From contig CAWCKY010000001.1 in assembly GCA_963796275.1 (NCBI GenBank), forward strand, positions 480,001 to 544,000: a stretch of DNA of 64,000 nt, in the 5' to 3' direction. The notes below the pieces were generated by a model, which saw nothing but the letters and a program-made list of their open reading frames with translations, searched no databases and had not been told where the DNA came from. Positions 29,588 through 39,920 of the stretch are shown in pieces. A program made the translations under genes and the position numbers. Every line of letters begins with the position of its first letter. The first letter of the stretch is position 1. The stretch is from an uncultured Acidobacteriota bacterium. Its GTDB lineage: Bacteria; Acidobacteriota; Blastocatellia; RBC074.

Positions 29588-31297
29588 TTAGTGTTTAAGG
29601 CTCTGATGCCACCCAACGATTTGCCAACCGCCCTGCCTTTTGAGGAAGTTGACGGTCGTGCGGTATTGCACGATTTTCTCTTTTCCACCATCCTCGAAAT
29701 AGTACGTGTGGAGGAAAGTGGCTATCATCGAACTGTCGTCACCCTTTAGACGAAGATCGTCCATGTCAAACTTCGTGATCTTTACCTTGAGATGTTTAAT
29801 TTCGGCGATGTCCTCGCCTTTCGATGAAACCTCACCATTATTGCCTATCCCCTGATAATCATCGGCCAATACGCGTTCAAAGAAATCTATATCGCGCCTG
29901 AGCAGGGCTTCATTGCACTCTCGCAACAGCGCCATCACTATATTCTTATCATTCGTATCTTCCTGTCGCATCTTCCTGACAATACCAGAGTCATTCAAAG
30001 ACTTCGGCGAGGGTTTTGGCGGCGGCATACCTCCTGGCACACCTCCCGGTACACCGGTTGCCACCGGACTTTTCGGCGGTGGTGGTGGTGGCGGCGGCGG
30101 TTCGTCGCCCTTCCGGTTTTTGCGGGAAGCCTGCCGCAATAACAACTTCGGTTGACCACTTGCATCCTCGGGCGCCTTTTGCAACGACGCTGCTCTGTTG
30201 TCGAGCTGCTTTTGCAACTGTTGAGCAGTCGTTGGTTTGCTATTGACCAGTACCCCAGCCAACGCGATGATCAACAGCGCCGGCAGAATCAAATATCGCC
30301 ATCCTCGCGCCAGCACCCGTACTCGTTTTGTGTTCAATACCATCTCGATCCTCCTCTCTAGAGCTTGTTTTGAAGTGAAGAAAGCCGGCTGATGCAAACT
30401 GTACGACGCCACATCTTCGAGCTTTCCTTTGACGCTCCGTTCCGCCGCTTTCACCAGGCTTTCCGCATACATCGCCGCGTCAGCCCCACGATCAATCACC
30501 CTGTCATCACACGCAATCTCTCGCTCCAGACAGAACTGCCGGCAGGCGTAACGCGCCAGCGAATGAAAAAAGAAGATCACGTTCAGCGCGATAGGAACCA
30601 AATTCGTCATATGATCGAGCCTCGCCACATGCGCCAGTTCGTGCGCGATCATCGCCTCCCGCTCTTCTACCGATGTCCATTCGGCGAGGTCCTGCGGCAA
30701 CAGAATCACCGGATGCCGGATACCGATCAGCACCGGTGAACGCACTTCTGCAGACAGTTTGAGTGAAACAGCGCGAGGAAGCCCCAGAGCGATGCCCAAC
30801 TCCTCCGCCGTTGTTTGAGCCGCATGCTTGCTTGCTCTGCGCAACCGCGTGTAACCGCGCGCGCTACGAAGCAAGGTAATTAAGGCTCCCGCAATCCATA
30901 AACAAAATGCAGCAGGCAGTACTCTAGACAGCCAGTGTTTTTTCGGCGGCACGGTCCCGGCTATGTGCTCCGTTACAGGAGGGTTCCCGGCGTCTGAAGC
31001 GGGAATGATGACAAGGCGCGGCAACTCCGTCGCATAACTCAAGGCTGTCCCCTTCCACGGCCGCTCTTGCGCCAGGGTCGATTTCGGGATCAAGCGCGGT
31101 AAGAGCGGTAGTGTGAGAACCGCCAGCAGACTGATCAGCCAGATATGCTGGCGCAACGACGGCGTCTTCACCCGAAACAACGCCAACCCAACCCACACGC
31201 ATACCAACAGCACCAGCGCTTGCCAACTCCATACCAGCAGTTCCAACCCCGCCTGATTAGCGAACCTCATCAGAGGATCAATTAATGGGTTCATCAT
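29588..31297 (-). CDS. BlaR1-type M56 peptidase + poly-Pro linker + NTF2/DUF4440 domain (copy 1, intact)
   Basis: IAHELAH, REIACDD, P10 linker, RRDIDFFERVLADDY...WQIVGWHQS. Confidence 0.92.
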   Translation of the reverse strand: MMNPLIDPLMRFANQAGLELLVWSWQALVLLVCVWVGLALFRVKTPSLRQHIWLISLLAVLTLPLLPRLIPKSTLAQERPWKGTALSYATELPRLVIIPASDAGNPPVTEHIAGTVPPKKHWLSRVLPAAFCLWIAGALITLLRSARGYTRLRRASKHAAQTTAEELGIALGLPRAVSLKLSAEVRSPVLIGIRHPVILLPQDLAEWTSVEEREAMIAHELAHVARLDHMTNLVPIALNVIFFFHSLARYACRQFCLEREIACDDRVIDRGADAAMYAESLVKAAERSVKGKLEDVASYSLHQPAFFTSKQALERRIEMVLNTKRVRVLARGWRYLILPALLIIALAGVLVNSKPTTAQQLQKQLDNRAASLQKAPEDASGQPKLLLRQASRKNRKGDEPPPPPPPPPKSPVATGVPGGVPGGMPPPKPSPKSLNDSGIVRKMRQEDTNDKNIVMALLRECNEALLRRDIDFFERVLADDYQGIGNNGEVSSKGEDIAEIKHLKVKITKFDMDDLRLKGDDSSMIATFLHTYYFEDGGKEKIVQYRTTVNFLKRQGGWQIVGWHQSLKH

Positions 31298-31701
31298 TTG
31301 CCTCCATTGGCTGCTTGACCCTTCTTGGACGAAGTTCGCGCCGCGATCTTCGTACGCACTTCCCGCAAATCGTCTTCGGTCAGATCTCCCGTCTCCACAA
31401 GATGCAAAACCAGTGATGCGGCCGATCCCCCGAAGACCTGCTTGATCAGGTGCCCCAACACACGGCCCCGCGATTTGTCCGGCTGCTGGCGCGCCCGGTA
31501 GACGTGAGCCTTGCCCTGCGCCCGGTGCGTCAGATGCCCCTTGCGCTCCAGCACCCTGATGATCGTCAGCACGCTGTTGTAATGGCGCTCACCCGACAGC
31601 CGCTCCTGAATCTCCCGCGCCGTCGCCTCGCCCATCTCCCAGATCACCTGCATGATCTCCAGCTCCTTGTCAGTGAAAGTTTTTGTCGGCGTCCGTGGCA
31701 T
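31294..31701 (-). CDS. BlaI/MecI/CopY family repressor (copy 1)
   Basis: Near-identical to copy 2; RBS ggagg; ATGA overlap with the M56 gene. Confidence 0.93.
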   Translation of the reverse strand: MPRTPTKTFTDKELEIMQVIWEMGEATAREIQERLSGERHYNSVLTIIRVLERKGHLTHRAQGKAHVYRARQQPDKSRGRVLGHLIKQVFGGSAASLVLHLVETGDLTEDDLREVRTKIAARTSSKKGQAANGGK

Positions 31702-31726
31702 CTTTCCTCCTCCTTATTTAATTAAC

Positions 31727-31795
31727 CAACGTATTTATCCGTTGATGCGGACTATAATGAGTTCGCATGCGATTGTCAACGTATTTTTTAGTTGA
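31727..31795 (-). promoter_or_regulatory. Sigma70 promoter bracketed by two CAAC-N10-GTTG operators
   Basis: Minus-strand TTGACA (31774-31779) -17 bp- TATAGT (31751-31756); CAACgtatttatccGTTG 31727-31744 and TCAACgtattttttaGTTGA 31776-31795. Confidence 0.75.
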
Positions 31796-32073
31796 TTAAT
31801 TCAAGAGACGTTGGCACCGCAGTCAACCGTGGTCAGTGGAGGAGCAGGTACAGACTCACTCTCCAAAACGTACCCAACCCGGGCCGTTCAGCTTATCTAT
31901 AGACTGGGAATTTTGGACGGGTGTTTTTACTGGGCCGGTTCTTCTGCAATTCTTCCAATGCGAACTGGACTGCGCGTTCGAGTGTGCATCCCGCCCCGCT
32001 CGCCAATCGGCCGGGCGTTCTCGGATAGTTTCAATTGTTTGGGCATCGAGCAGAAAACACGCGGCGCGGAAGG

Positions 32074-33273
32074 TTAAGGCCGTTTGGCAGGTGGCTCAAC
32101 GCTTATTTGAGTCTGGGCCTTGATCCATAAAACAGGCTGGCGTATGAAGAAATTGCGAACCACCTCTTCGACCGCCGAATCGGCTTTCAAGGTCTTCCAC
32201 AATTCGATGTAATCCCTTTTGTTATACTCCTCTCCTGCAAAGAGCACGCTGCAGTGGCGCATCGGCCATTCCTGGTCGTACATCACGTCGGGCTTGAGCG
32301 GCCAACTTTTTTTGTCGCGGACGTAGGGCGTCATAAACGCCATCGCTTTCCTCATTCCGCGTCCATCAGGAAGCTCGAACGTCCACAGATTGTCATCCGG
32401 CGTCGATAGAATCCGGCAGATCGTCGCCATCGCATCGAGGTTGAAGAGCGCGTAACCATAGGGCTTGGTGCGCCGCATCTCCTGCGGGAAGCTGCCATCT
32501 GCAGCCATCTGATTCGGCACGAGAACCTTTCTAAATCGATCGCGTGAATAGTCGATCAATTCACGATTTCCGGTCAGGCGTGCGAATGCGGCCACCTGCA
32601 TCACCCAGCAGGTGCCGTGGTTGTTTTTCGCCTCTCGTTCATCGATCCCGTACTGATGCGTCGTCATCCAGGTGAGGTATTCAGCGAACCATTGCTTGAT
32701 CCCTGTCAATTCAGCTTTCGACAAAGCATTCGAGCCTTGGAGTAGTTCGATTGCGCGCGCTACCTCGACCAGATGAATCGTGTCGATGATGCCGATGCCG
32801 CGACCCGTCACACGCCCCTTGATAGCCTGAGCGAATTTCAGGTGCGGAGTCATCCGCGTCTCCTCGTTCAAAAACCAGGAGCGCAGATGCTCGGCGGCGT
32901 GTGCGGCATAACGTTTATCCCCGGTCAGCTTCCATCCCGCAACCAGCGCCGGAACCAGGACGCTCAACCGCATCAGGTAGCGGCGGTGATCGGTGAAGTT
33001 ATCTGGATTGGTCATCCCGTCGCGCTGGATGTAGGGCCCATCGGGATTCTGCGGATCAGGCCACCAGTAATCTCCCTCTGAGAAGAAATCGTGCCGCCCA
33101 CCGGCGCTGCGCGGGCTGCTGGAAGCCAAAATCGTGAGCGGCGCCTCAGTCAGATATTGATTCGCAGCCTTAACCACTCGGTCACGGTCAAATCTCGCCA
33201 GGTCGATTTTCTGCATCGCAGCCGAACCTACTGGTAAGAGAAACGCAACGCCTAACAATAGTGAACGAATCAT
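32074..33273 (-). CDS. Alginate_lyase-family polysaccharide lyase (PL38-like)
   Basis: HDFFSEGDYWWPDP..GPYIQRDGMTNP, GIIDT, NNHGTCW, E..RTKPYGYALFNL; signal peptide. Confidence 0.85.
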   Translation of the reverse strand: MIRSLLLGVAFLLPVGSAAMQKIDLARFDRDRVVKAANQYLTEAPLTILASSSPRSAGGRHDFFSEGDYWWPDPQNPDGPYIQRDGMTNPDNFTDHRRYLMRLSVLVPALVAGWKLTGDKRYAAHAAEHLRSWFLNEETRMTPHLKFAQAIKGRVTGRGIGIIDTIHLVEVARAIELLQGSNALSKAELTGIKQWFAEYLTWMTTHQYGIDEREAKNNHGTCWVMQVAAFARLTGNRELIDYSRDRFRKVLVPNQMAADGSFPQEMRRTKPYGYALFNLDAMATICRILSTPDDNLWTFELPDGRGMRKAMAFMTPYVRDKKSWPLKPDVMYDQEWPMRHCSVLFAGEEYNKRDYIELWKTLKADSAVEEVVRNFFIRQPVLWIKAQTQISVEPPAKRP

Positions 33274-33290
33274 ACGTCTCCTCAGTAAAT

Positions 33291-33370
33291 AGTTTTCAGT
33301 TTTCAGTTTTCAGTTTTCAGCAATCATTTGTCTCGATCGCTAACTAAAAACTAAAAACTGAAAACTGAAA
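33291..33370. repeat. Inverted heptamer tandem repeats (TTTTCAG)4 ... (CTRAAAA)n
   Basis: agttttcagttttcagttttcagttttcag ... ctaaaaactaaaaactgaaaactgaaa between two operon genes. Confidence 0.8.
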
Positions 33371-33383
33371 TATATGAATCTGA

Positions 33384-34646
33384 TTAAACCGAATCGCTCT
33401 TCGCCTGCGGTGAGGGCATCTCCTCTTCCGTCGGGCCGTCCTTCCATTGACGAGCCCAGGCCGGCAGCGAATCCTCGGGATAAGGCGTCACCCGGTGCGG
33501 CGTGATGTGCCGTCGCAGCGTCTTTAAAGCCTTGTCGAGCGCCTCGACGAAGAAATACTCGCCGAACATGACGGCTTCGTGCACGCCCAGGTTTTTATGG
33601 ATGTGATATACGCCGCCGTTCAAAACGCCCTCAAAGCCCTCTGTCAGACTGCCCAGATATTTTTCGGAGAGGGTGCGCAAAGAAGTCAACGCGAAATCGC
33701 GATAAGCGCGCGCTCTGGCGGTGTCAGGGGCGACGGTGGCCAGGTCAAGCAATCCTGAAGCCGCGATGGCGCACGCGGAAGTGTCCACCTGTGTGCGGGC
33801 GAGTGGCCCGGTCTCCGGCGCATCGTAATCCCACCAAGTTACGCCGTCCCTTGGTGTATTCTCCAGGTAATAGCCGGCATTGAGCATCGCCGTTTCCAGA
33901 TACTCGGCCCGCCCGGTCTGCAAATAAGAGCGTGTGAAACCGTATAGTGACCAGGCCAGTCCGCGGCTCCAGCACGAATCGCCGCGATATCCCTGATGCG
34001 TCGACTGTCTCAAACATTGCCCCGTTTCAGTATCGAAGATCGCCTCGTGCGACGTAGAACCGTCGGCGCGTACCAATGTGCGCCGTGTCGTCAGACAGTG
34101 TTTATGCGCAATATCGAGCAGCCGCTCGTCGCCTGTTTTGATGCCCGCATAGAAGATCGTCCCGACGTTCATCATGATGTCTATGAAGAGCGAGGCTGGT
34201 TCGACGAACGAACGCAGATACTGCCCCTTCTCCATAAAGCGCATCGCCATCGTTTTGCCGGCCTGAGTCAGCACTGGCTCTATGCGTTCGGTTTTGCCGC
34301 CTGAATTCAGCCAGCGCAGATAGGTCGAAAAGAAGAGAAACCCGAGATCGTGAACTGCCCGATCGTATTGTCGCTCTTCCAGCGGTGTGGCGTATGCGGC
34401 CGCCTTGTCGATCCAGAAGCTTTCGCCCGTCGCTTCAGCGAAGATGAACATCATCCCGGGATAAAACCCGTCGCACCAGTGCGTCCAGCGTTTGCGGTCC
34501 TGACCGAATCGACCCGCGACTGTGTACATCGGGTAGTAATCGGATGGATATTTCTCCAGCAGCGATTTCACCTGACTTTGTGCGAAATCGAAGGCAGTCT
34601 GCAGCGTAACGCGGAGCGCCTCCTGTTCCGGCATCGAATTTGGCAT
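33384..34646 (-). CDS. GH88 unsaturated glucuronyl hydrolase
   Basis: W..GFYPG, HDLGF, IDIMMN, THQG....[23 protein letters not shown]. Confidence 0.9.
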   Translation of the reverse strand: MPNSMPEQEALRVTLQTAFDFAQSQVKSLLEKYPSDYYPMYTVAGRFGQDRKRWTHWCDGFYPGMMFIFAEATGESFWIDKAAAYATPLEERQYDRAVHDLGFLFFSTYLRWLNSGGKTERIEPVLTQAGKTMAMRFMEKGQYLRSFVEPASLFIDIMMNVGTIFYAGIKTGDERLLDIAHKHCLTTRRTLVRADGSTSHEAIFDTETGQCLRQSTHQGYRGDSCWSRGLAWSLYGFTRSYLQTGRAEYLETAMLNAGYYLENTPRDGVTWWDYDAPETGPLARTQVDTSACAIAASGLLDLATVAPDTARARAYRDFALTSLRTLSEKYLGSLTEGFEGVLNGGVYHIHKNLGVHEAVMFGEYFFVEALDKALKTLRRHITPHRVTPYPEDSLPAWARQWKDGPTEEEMPSPQAKSDSV

Positions 34647-34689
34647 TTAAGTTTTCCTCCTATTACCAACTATTACTGATCTCGAATGT

Positions 34690-34979
34690 TTTATCGTCCC
34701 ATAATCAACAATTACCGCCGTAGCGTCCGCAAAGGTAGTGCGTTCCTCGCGATAGATTTTTTATCCAGGAACTCGTGCCCGGTCATCTCCGCCAGGGCCA
34801 GCCTCTCGTGCAATGCCGCCATCTGGCGGATCAATCCCAGATTCTTATCCAACTCGCTATTGAGATCTACCACCTGCGGCAGGCCGCCATTCAAAAGTCC
34901 ATAAAGTATGTTTTTGCATATCGGCGGTCCGGTACGGCGTGATAATAGCGTCATGATAGACCAGGTTGAAGAGCGGCAC
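34690..34979 (-). pseudogene. C-terminal relic of a DUF5696/GH129-like glycoside hydrolase
   Basis: Across 2 frameshifts: VPLFNLVYHDAIITPY / ILYGLLNGG...HERLALAEMTGHEFLD / ERTTFADATAVIVD; family call is from recalled motifs. Confidence 0.6.
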
Positions 34980-35143
34980 GGTGCACATTAGGCGGGTCCC
35001 GAGCGGCGAATAGATTTTCGAGTAGGGAAACCGTCCAATCGCAGAGGCTTCAGTGCCGACGCCCCCCGGATTATTGCGTGTCCAATTCTAACAAAGCGTA
35101 CGAGCGTTGATCGCGTCAGAGCGCGTGACCGGATGCCGACAAC

Positions 35144-35949
35144 TCATTTGCAAACAAGCAGCCTGGCCGAACGCGGCGGCATATCTGCGATCTTCATGCT
35201 GCCTTCGTGACGGCCCAGGTCTTCACCATTCCAGAAATCTGTGACCTTACAGGCTCGGGGCAGAGGGAATGAAATCGTTTGCGGTTCATCGCCAGCGCCA
35301 ATCTATCCAACAGCTCTGCGCGGTCATGGCCTGAGCGAAAGGTGAACTCTTCCAACTCCCAGACCTCGCCCGGTTTCAGTTCCATATCTTCGGTGTCAAC
35401 TACGACTTGCAGTGAGTACGGGCGCAGGTAGAACTGCCCCGCGAAGCGGCGACATGAAGTGAAGGCCAACAGCTGGTTGCCTCCTTCGGGTGCCGCCAGC
35501 GTCATCAAACCGTAAAAGACCTGCGCACCTTGCGGCTGGGGCATCTTATAGTGCTTGGCGTCAGTGTAATTGCCCAGATCGATCGGTTTCCCCGTGACGC
35601 CGCCCGTCTGGCTCAACATCTGGAAGCCTTCGCCATAGAGGCTGGTGGTTGGCGGTAGATCGAGCTTTAGATCGAAGAGCACGACTTCTTTAATCCGCAT
35701 CGCGTCCTTACCGCGATTGATCAACCGGGTGCGGCAGAGTGGCCCGCGCCATTGCCTGATCAATTGTATCTGTTTGATGTCATCGTCTCCGGCCGGCACT
35801 ACGGCGCCGGGTGCGGATGTGAAGGAACGCCGATCTAGACTCTTAATTTTTCCCGCCTGTGCCAGACCGATGTCGGGCATTGCCGCGATCAACGGCGCGG
35901 CCAATGTGAGGTTAAGGACTTCGCGGCGCGTCATTTTTCTGGTTTTCAT
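35144..35949 (-). pseudogene. Tat-exported alpha-galactosidase-like gene (GH36-like) with internal deletion
   Basis: MTRREVL Tat signal and N-domain (YGEGFQMLSQTGG) joined near 35280 to an out-of-frame C-terminus VTDFWNGEDLG...MPPRSARLLVCK*; catalytic barrel missing. Confidence 0.7.
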
Positions 35950-36110
35950 TTGAATTGAATTCTTTCTCCAAACTTCGGTCGCGGCTCTCCATGAATCAAG
36001 GAGCGTTAGGGCAAACTTCCGCGGTTGTGAGTGGGCGACGAATGACCGGCGCGGTCGAGCAGCGGTCTCGACCGGCAATTGAAAACTGAAAACCGAAAAC
36101 TTTCATCATT

Positions 36111-38808
36111 TCAGTCTTTATGGCTCCCTTGACTCTTCGGCACCGAAACAGTGACCGTTCTGGTGCTCGCGTTACCGTATGCATCGCGGCTTTCAACTGT
36201 GATCGTGTAGATCCGGCCTTTTCCATTACCCAGGCGTTCAGCCCTAAGATTGAGAGTTAGTTTGCCGGTTATCTCCCAATCAAGTGCAGTTTTGCGGTCA
36301 TTAACGCCCATTACCGGCTCGTTGCTCGTAACCGAAACTATATGCGTTGCCGGTGCAGGGATCTGCGGCATCATTTATTTGGGGAGTCAACGAGACAGGA
36401 ACCATCTTATGGTTTGGCGGCCAGAGTATATCCGGCGACGCAGTTAGGCTTTGGAATACAGGCGCAGTCGTGTCTCGCACCGTAACCCGGAAGCTGGCCG
36501 CCGCTTCGTTACCCTGAAAATCCCTGGCGGTAGCGGTAACCGCGGTGGAACCGATAGCAAAGGTGCTTCCCGATGGATGGCTGAGGGTGAGAGCAACCGG
36601 TCCATCTTTGTTGTCCGTCGCGCTCGCCTCGAAGGCCACGGCAGCGCCGTTTGGCCCGGTCGCTTCGACCGTCAGATCGCCCGGAATTACAATCCCCGGC
36701 GCCGTGACATCTTGGACGAGCGAGAACCGGTCCGCCGCGATCCCAAACGAACCGGCCGCGGGATTCTTGCCGATCACAGTCAACCTGATAATGTGATCGC
36801 CTGGAGTGCTGAACCTCACGGTACCGAAGTTACTCTCAGGGAAGATGCTCGTTCCGGTGCGGAACTGATCCTGCGGCGTACCGATGACTACACCATCGAC
36901 GCTCAAAGTATGGATGCCGCGGTTGGGATGAGTCTTGTACTTCAATACCACATCGTAAGTTCCAGCGGCGACGTCGCTCAGCGTATACTCGATCCAGTCG
37001 CCAACCGCTCCCATCGGAAACGCTATCCATTGCCCGTTGCTGGCATTCGCATCGTTCTCGATGACTCTAGGTGGACCGGAGGTCGCGAGCGGGATGGCTT
37101 CCGCCTCGTAATGGAGGCCGGGCGGAAGCGGCGTTGGCGTGGGTGCGGGCGTTGGCGTCGGCAGCGGGCGAGGCGGACTCGGCAGAGATGGCATGGATGT
37201 ATATCCGATATTCGCCAGAGCCGCATCACCGAGGCGGTCGCGGAGCTGCTGTAGATAGAGGCTGCTGGGGAGCACCGGGGTGCCGAACAGCTCGAACTCG
37301 CCGTCGCCCTGTCTCCTGTGAGCCTGGCTGCCAATCGCCCAGTTGCGCGCGCCCGGCGGGCTTGCGACGCGATGCGTATCGCCTACGATATTCCAGAAGA
37401 GTTGGTAAGCTCCCGACCATCCGTGGCCGCTGCCTGAATTGCCGCGGTTGTACGTACCGATGATCTGCCCCCCATTGAAGCTTTCGTGACGGATGAGATC
37501 GAAGAGCGATCCGGTCGCCCACCGGTGGTGCGGCCCCAGCTCAGAGAACGACTGCTCGCCGCGGCTGTCGAGGAAGACGTTCGGCCCCGGTGTGTTGCTG
37601 CCGGTGACATAGTCGTGCCGGCCGGTCTTCGCGTTGCAGCGCATTACCAGCACGAATGAGCAGTCATCGAGGCTGAACGGGTAACGACGGCCCCCGGTAA
37701 TCTGCGACTTATGATCCAGTGAAGAGCTGTCCTGTACCGTAACGTATTTCGCTCCGGAGCCCACAAGCACCGTTCCTTGCTCAAAATAGACCGATGTCGC
37801 ATGGCGAACCCATGCGTTTTCTACGTTGGCGAGCGAGATCATCCGGACGGCATGATTCTCATCGGTATCAGAAACGAAATCCGATTCGGACCGCAGTTGC
37901 TCGATACCGCAATTCGCGATCCGGCCCGGAAACTGGTACTTCGCGACGTATCCTCCGCCGAACTCTGCCTGAATTGCCTCAACCACCGGAGCATCGATGG
38001 TGAGCTGATTGCCGCTGACCGCCGTGACTCTGCGCTCGTAGCGCATGATGCGGGAGTTCGGAGTCCAATGATCCGCCGAGATGCATGTCGAACCGTTCAC
38101 GTCGGTCGTGTCGTAGACAGTCCCCACAGTAGAGCAAGCGTCCATGCCGACGAAATCGATCCATTCCTGATTGGGCGTGCGGACGAGCAGGATGTCGTCG
38201 CCCGCGCTAAATCCGGCGGCGTCCGCAACGGTGATGATATGTGTGCCGACCGGCAGGTAAGTATCGGTGATCGTCTTACTGGTTCCGGCCACTTCGGCGC
38301 GATTGCCCACACCCGCAATTTCAATAACTGTGCGGCGGGCCGTGCCTGTGGCCTTTATGATAGAACCATCGGTTCCATCCCCCTCTCCACGCAAGATCAC
38401 TCCGCTCGCGCTGATCCTGACCGTTCCCCCAACCTCGTAAGTTCCAGATTTGAGCAGGATCGCGCCGCGAAAGCCGCGCGAGTCAGGTGTGAGAGCGCTG
38501 ACTTCATCTATGGCGGCCTGGATATTGGGGCCGTCATCACCATCGATAGGGGTTACCGTCTTCACAACTGAAACGTCGGGCAGCGTAACGCCGCCGCCGC
38601 CGTAGCCGGCATTGGAGAAGTCCGGGATCGTGTCTCCGTTAGGGTAGGGGATATAGACCAGCCTGCCATCGACCCCCAGATAAACATGCTGACTCTGAGG
38701 CGCCTGCCCCCTGGAAACACCAAGTGCAAATAGAATCCCCAGAGAGATACAAAATCCCAGGGTTACCAGTGGTTTTCTTGATTTGAGCAAAGCTGTGCAA
38801 GAGCTCAT
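36111..38808 (-). CDS. Secreted beta-helix (pectin-lyase fold) enzyme + CBM-like + HYR + LWPPNHK domain; frameshift near 36359
   Basis: IPDFSNAGY, IQAAID, ILRGEG; PT linker; YEAE CBM start; HYR DVTAP...VTVRDTTAP; one extra C (GATCCCT) splits off the C-terminus. Confidence 0.8.
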
Positions 38809-39091
38809 GGCATTCCTTTCATGTAAGAAGCAGACGAGAACTCTCATCCCGATTGTCGGGGTAATATCCCATCCCATCCTATTTCTTCTATTTGTGACTA
38901 CTTATGAGGGTACTTCCGTCAAAGTTTAGAAACATATCAAAACTAGATTTACAGAAGCGATTGTAAAGCTGATAAGTTCGATTTGAAGCCTTGAAATGGC
39001 TTCAAGGAACTTTTTAAAACGCTATCGGCATGTCTGATCACGCCGGGTTCTTAGCGAACAAGATCGTGTGAGAACGTCATCAGAATATAGT

Positions 39092-39286
39092 TCAGAATCT
39101 GATTCGCATCACCACCGGAATGACCGCGCCGGCAGGATCGGTCACTGCGCCGGTTATCACACCTGACCTTATCTCCCCGAATGCCGGGTTGCTCAGGATC
39201 AGCGCAAGCCCAAGGCATTCCCCCAAAATTATTGTTTCGGCCTTTATCACAGGTTTAACTACCGACATATCCATACCCCGATCCAT
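39092..39286 (-). pseudogene. N-terminal stub of a TonB-dependent receptor-like gene
   Basis: Signal peptide + SGVITGAVTDPAGAVIP, then abrupt end. Confidence 0.6.
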
Positions 39287-39920
39287 TCAATTTCCGGCGC
39301 CCAGATCGAGCCGAATAACCGAAGCCAAATCGCTCGGAGCCCTCTCCGGAAGCTGCAAAACCAATTTTCCATCCGCCTGTGTGAACTTCAGCCCTCTGCG
39401 TTGCGGGTCGGATAGCAGATAGGCTTTCATGACCTTATCCTTCATGCCTTCCACCGAGAACTCTTTCGTCCAGGTGAAGAGGTGGATGTATATCCGGCCG
39501 GGCTTGGCCGTCGCGCGCCATTCTTTCGCCTGTTCGAAGACCGGCTGTCCGCGCTGATCTTTGTTCGTCTCGCTCGCTTTACCGAATTCCGCTCCGAATG
39601 GAGTCGGTCTTGCGCCGTAGATCGCCTCGCCATTCACCTTCAGCCATTGCCCGACCTTGCGCAGGATATCCACGCTTGGCTGCGGAATGACGCCTTCGGC
39701 AGTGGGACCGACGTTGAGCAGGTAATTTCCGCCCTTGCTCACAATGTCAACGAGTTTAAATACGATCTCTGCTGGCGGTTTCCAGTCTTGGTCGTAGCTC
39801 TTATAGCCCCACGTATGGTTGATCGTCGCCGGCACTTCCCAGACGCCGGGGACGACCTGATCGGGGATGCGGTTGTCGCCCGTCGAACGGTAGTCACCCT
39901 TGCCGCCGAGACGGCCGCTG
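39287..39920 (-). pseudogene. C-terminal part of a GH29 alpha-L-fucosidase
   Basis: GRLGGKGDYRSTGDN...WEVPATINHTWGY, LVDIVSKGGNYLLNVGP..EG, WLKVNGEAIYG; N-terminus lost. Confidence 0.85.
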
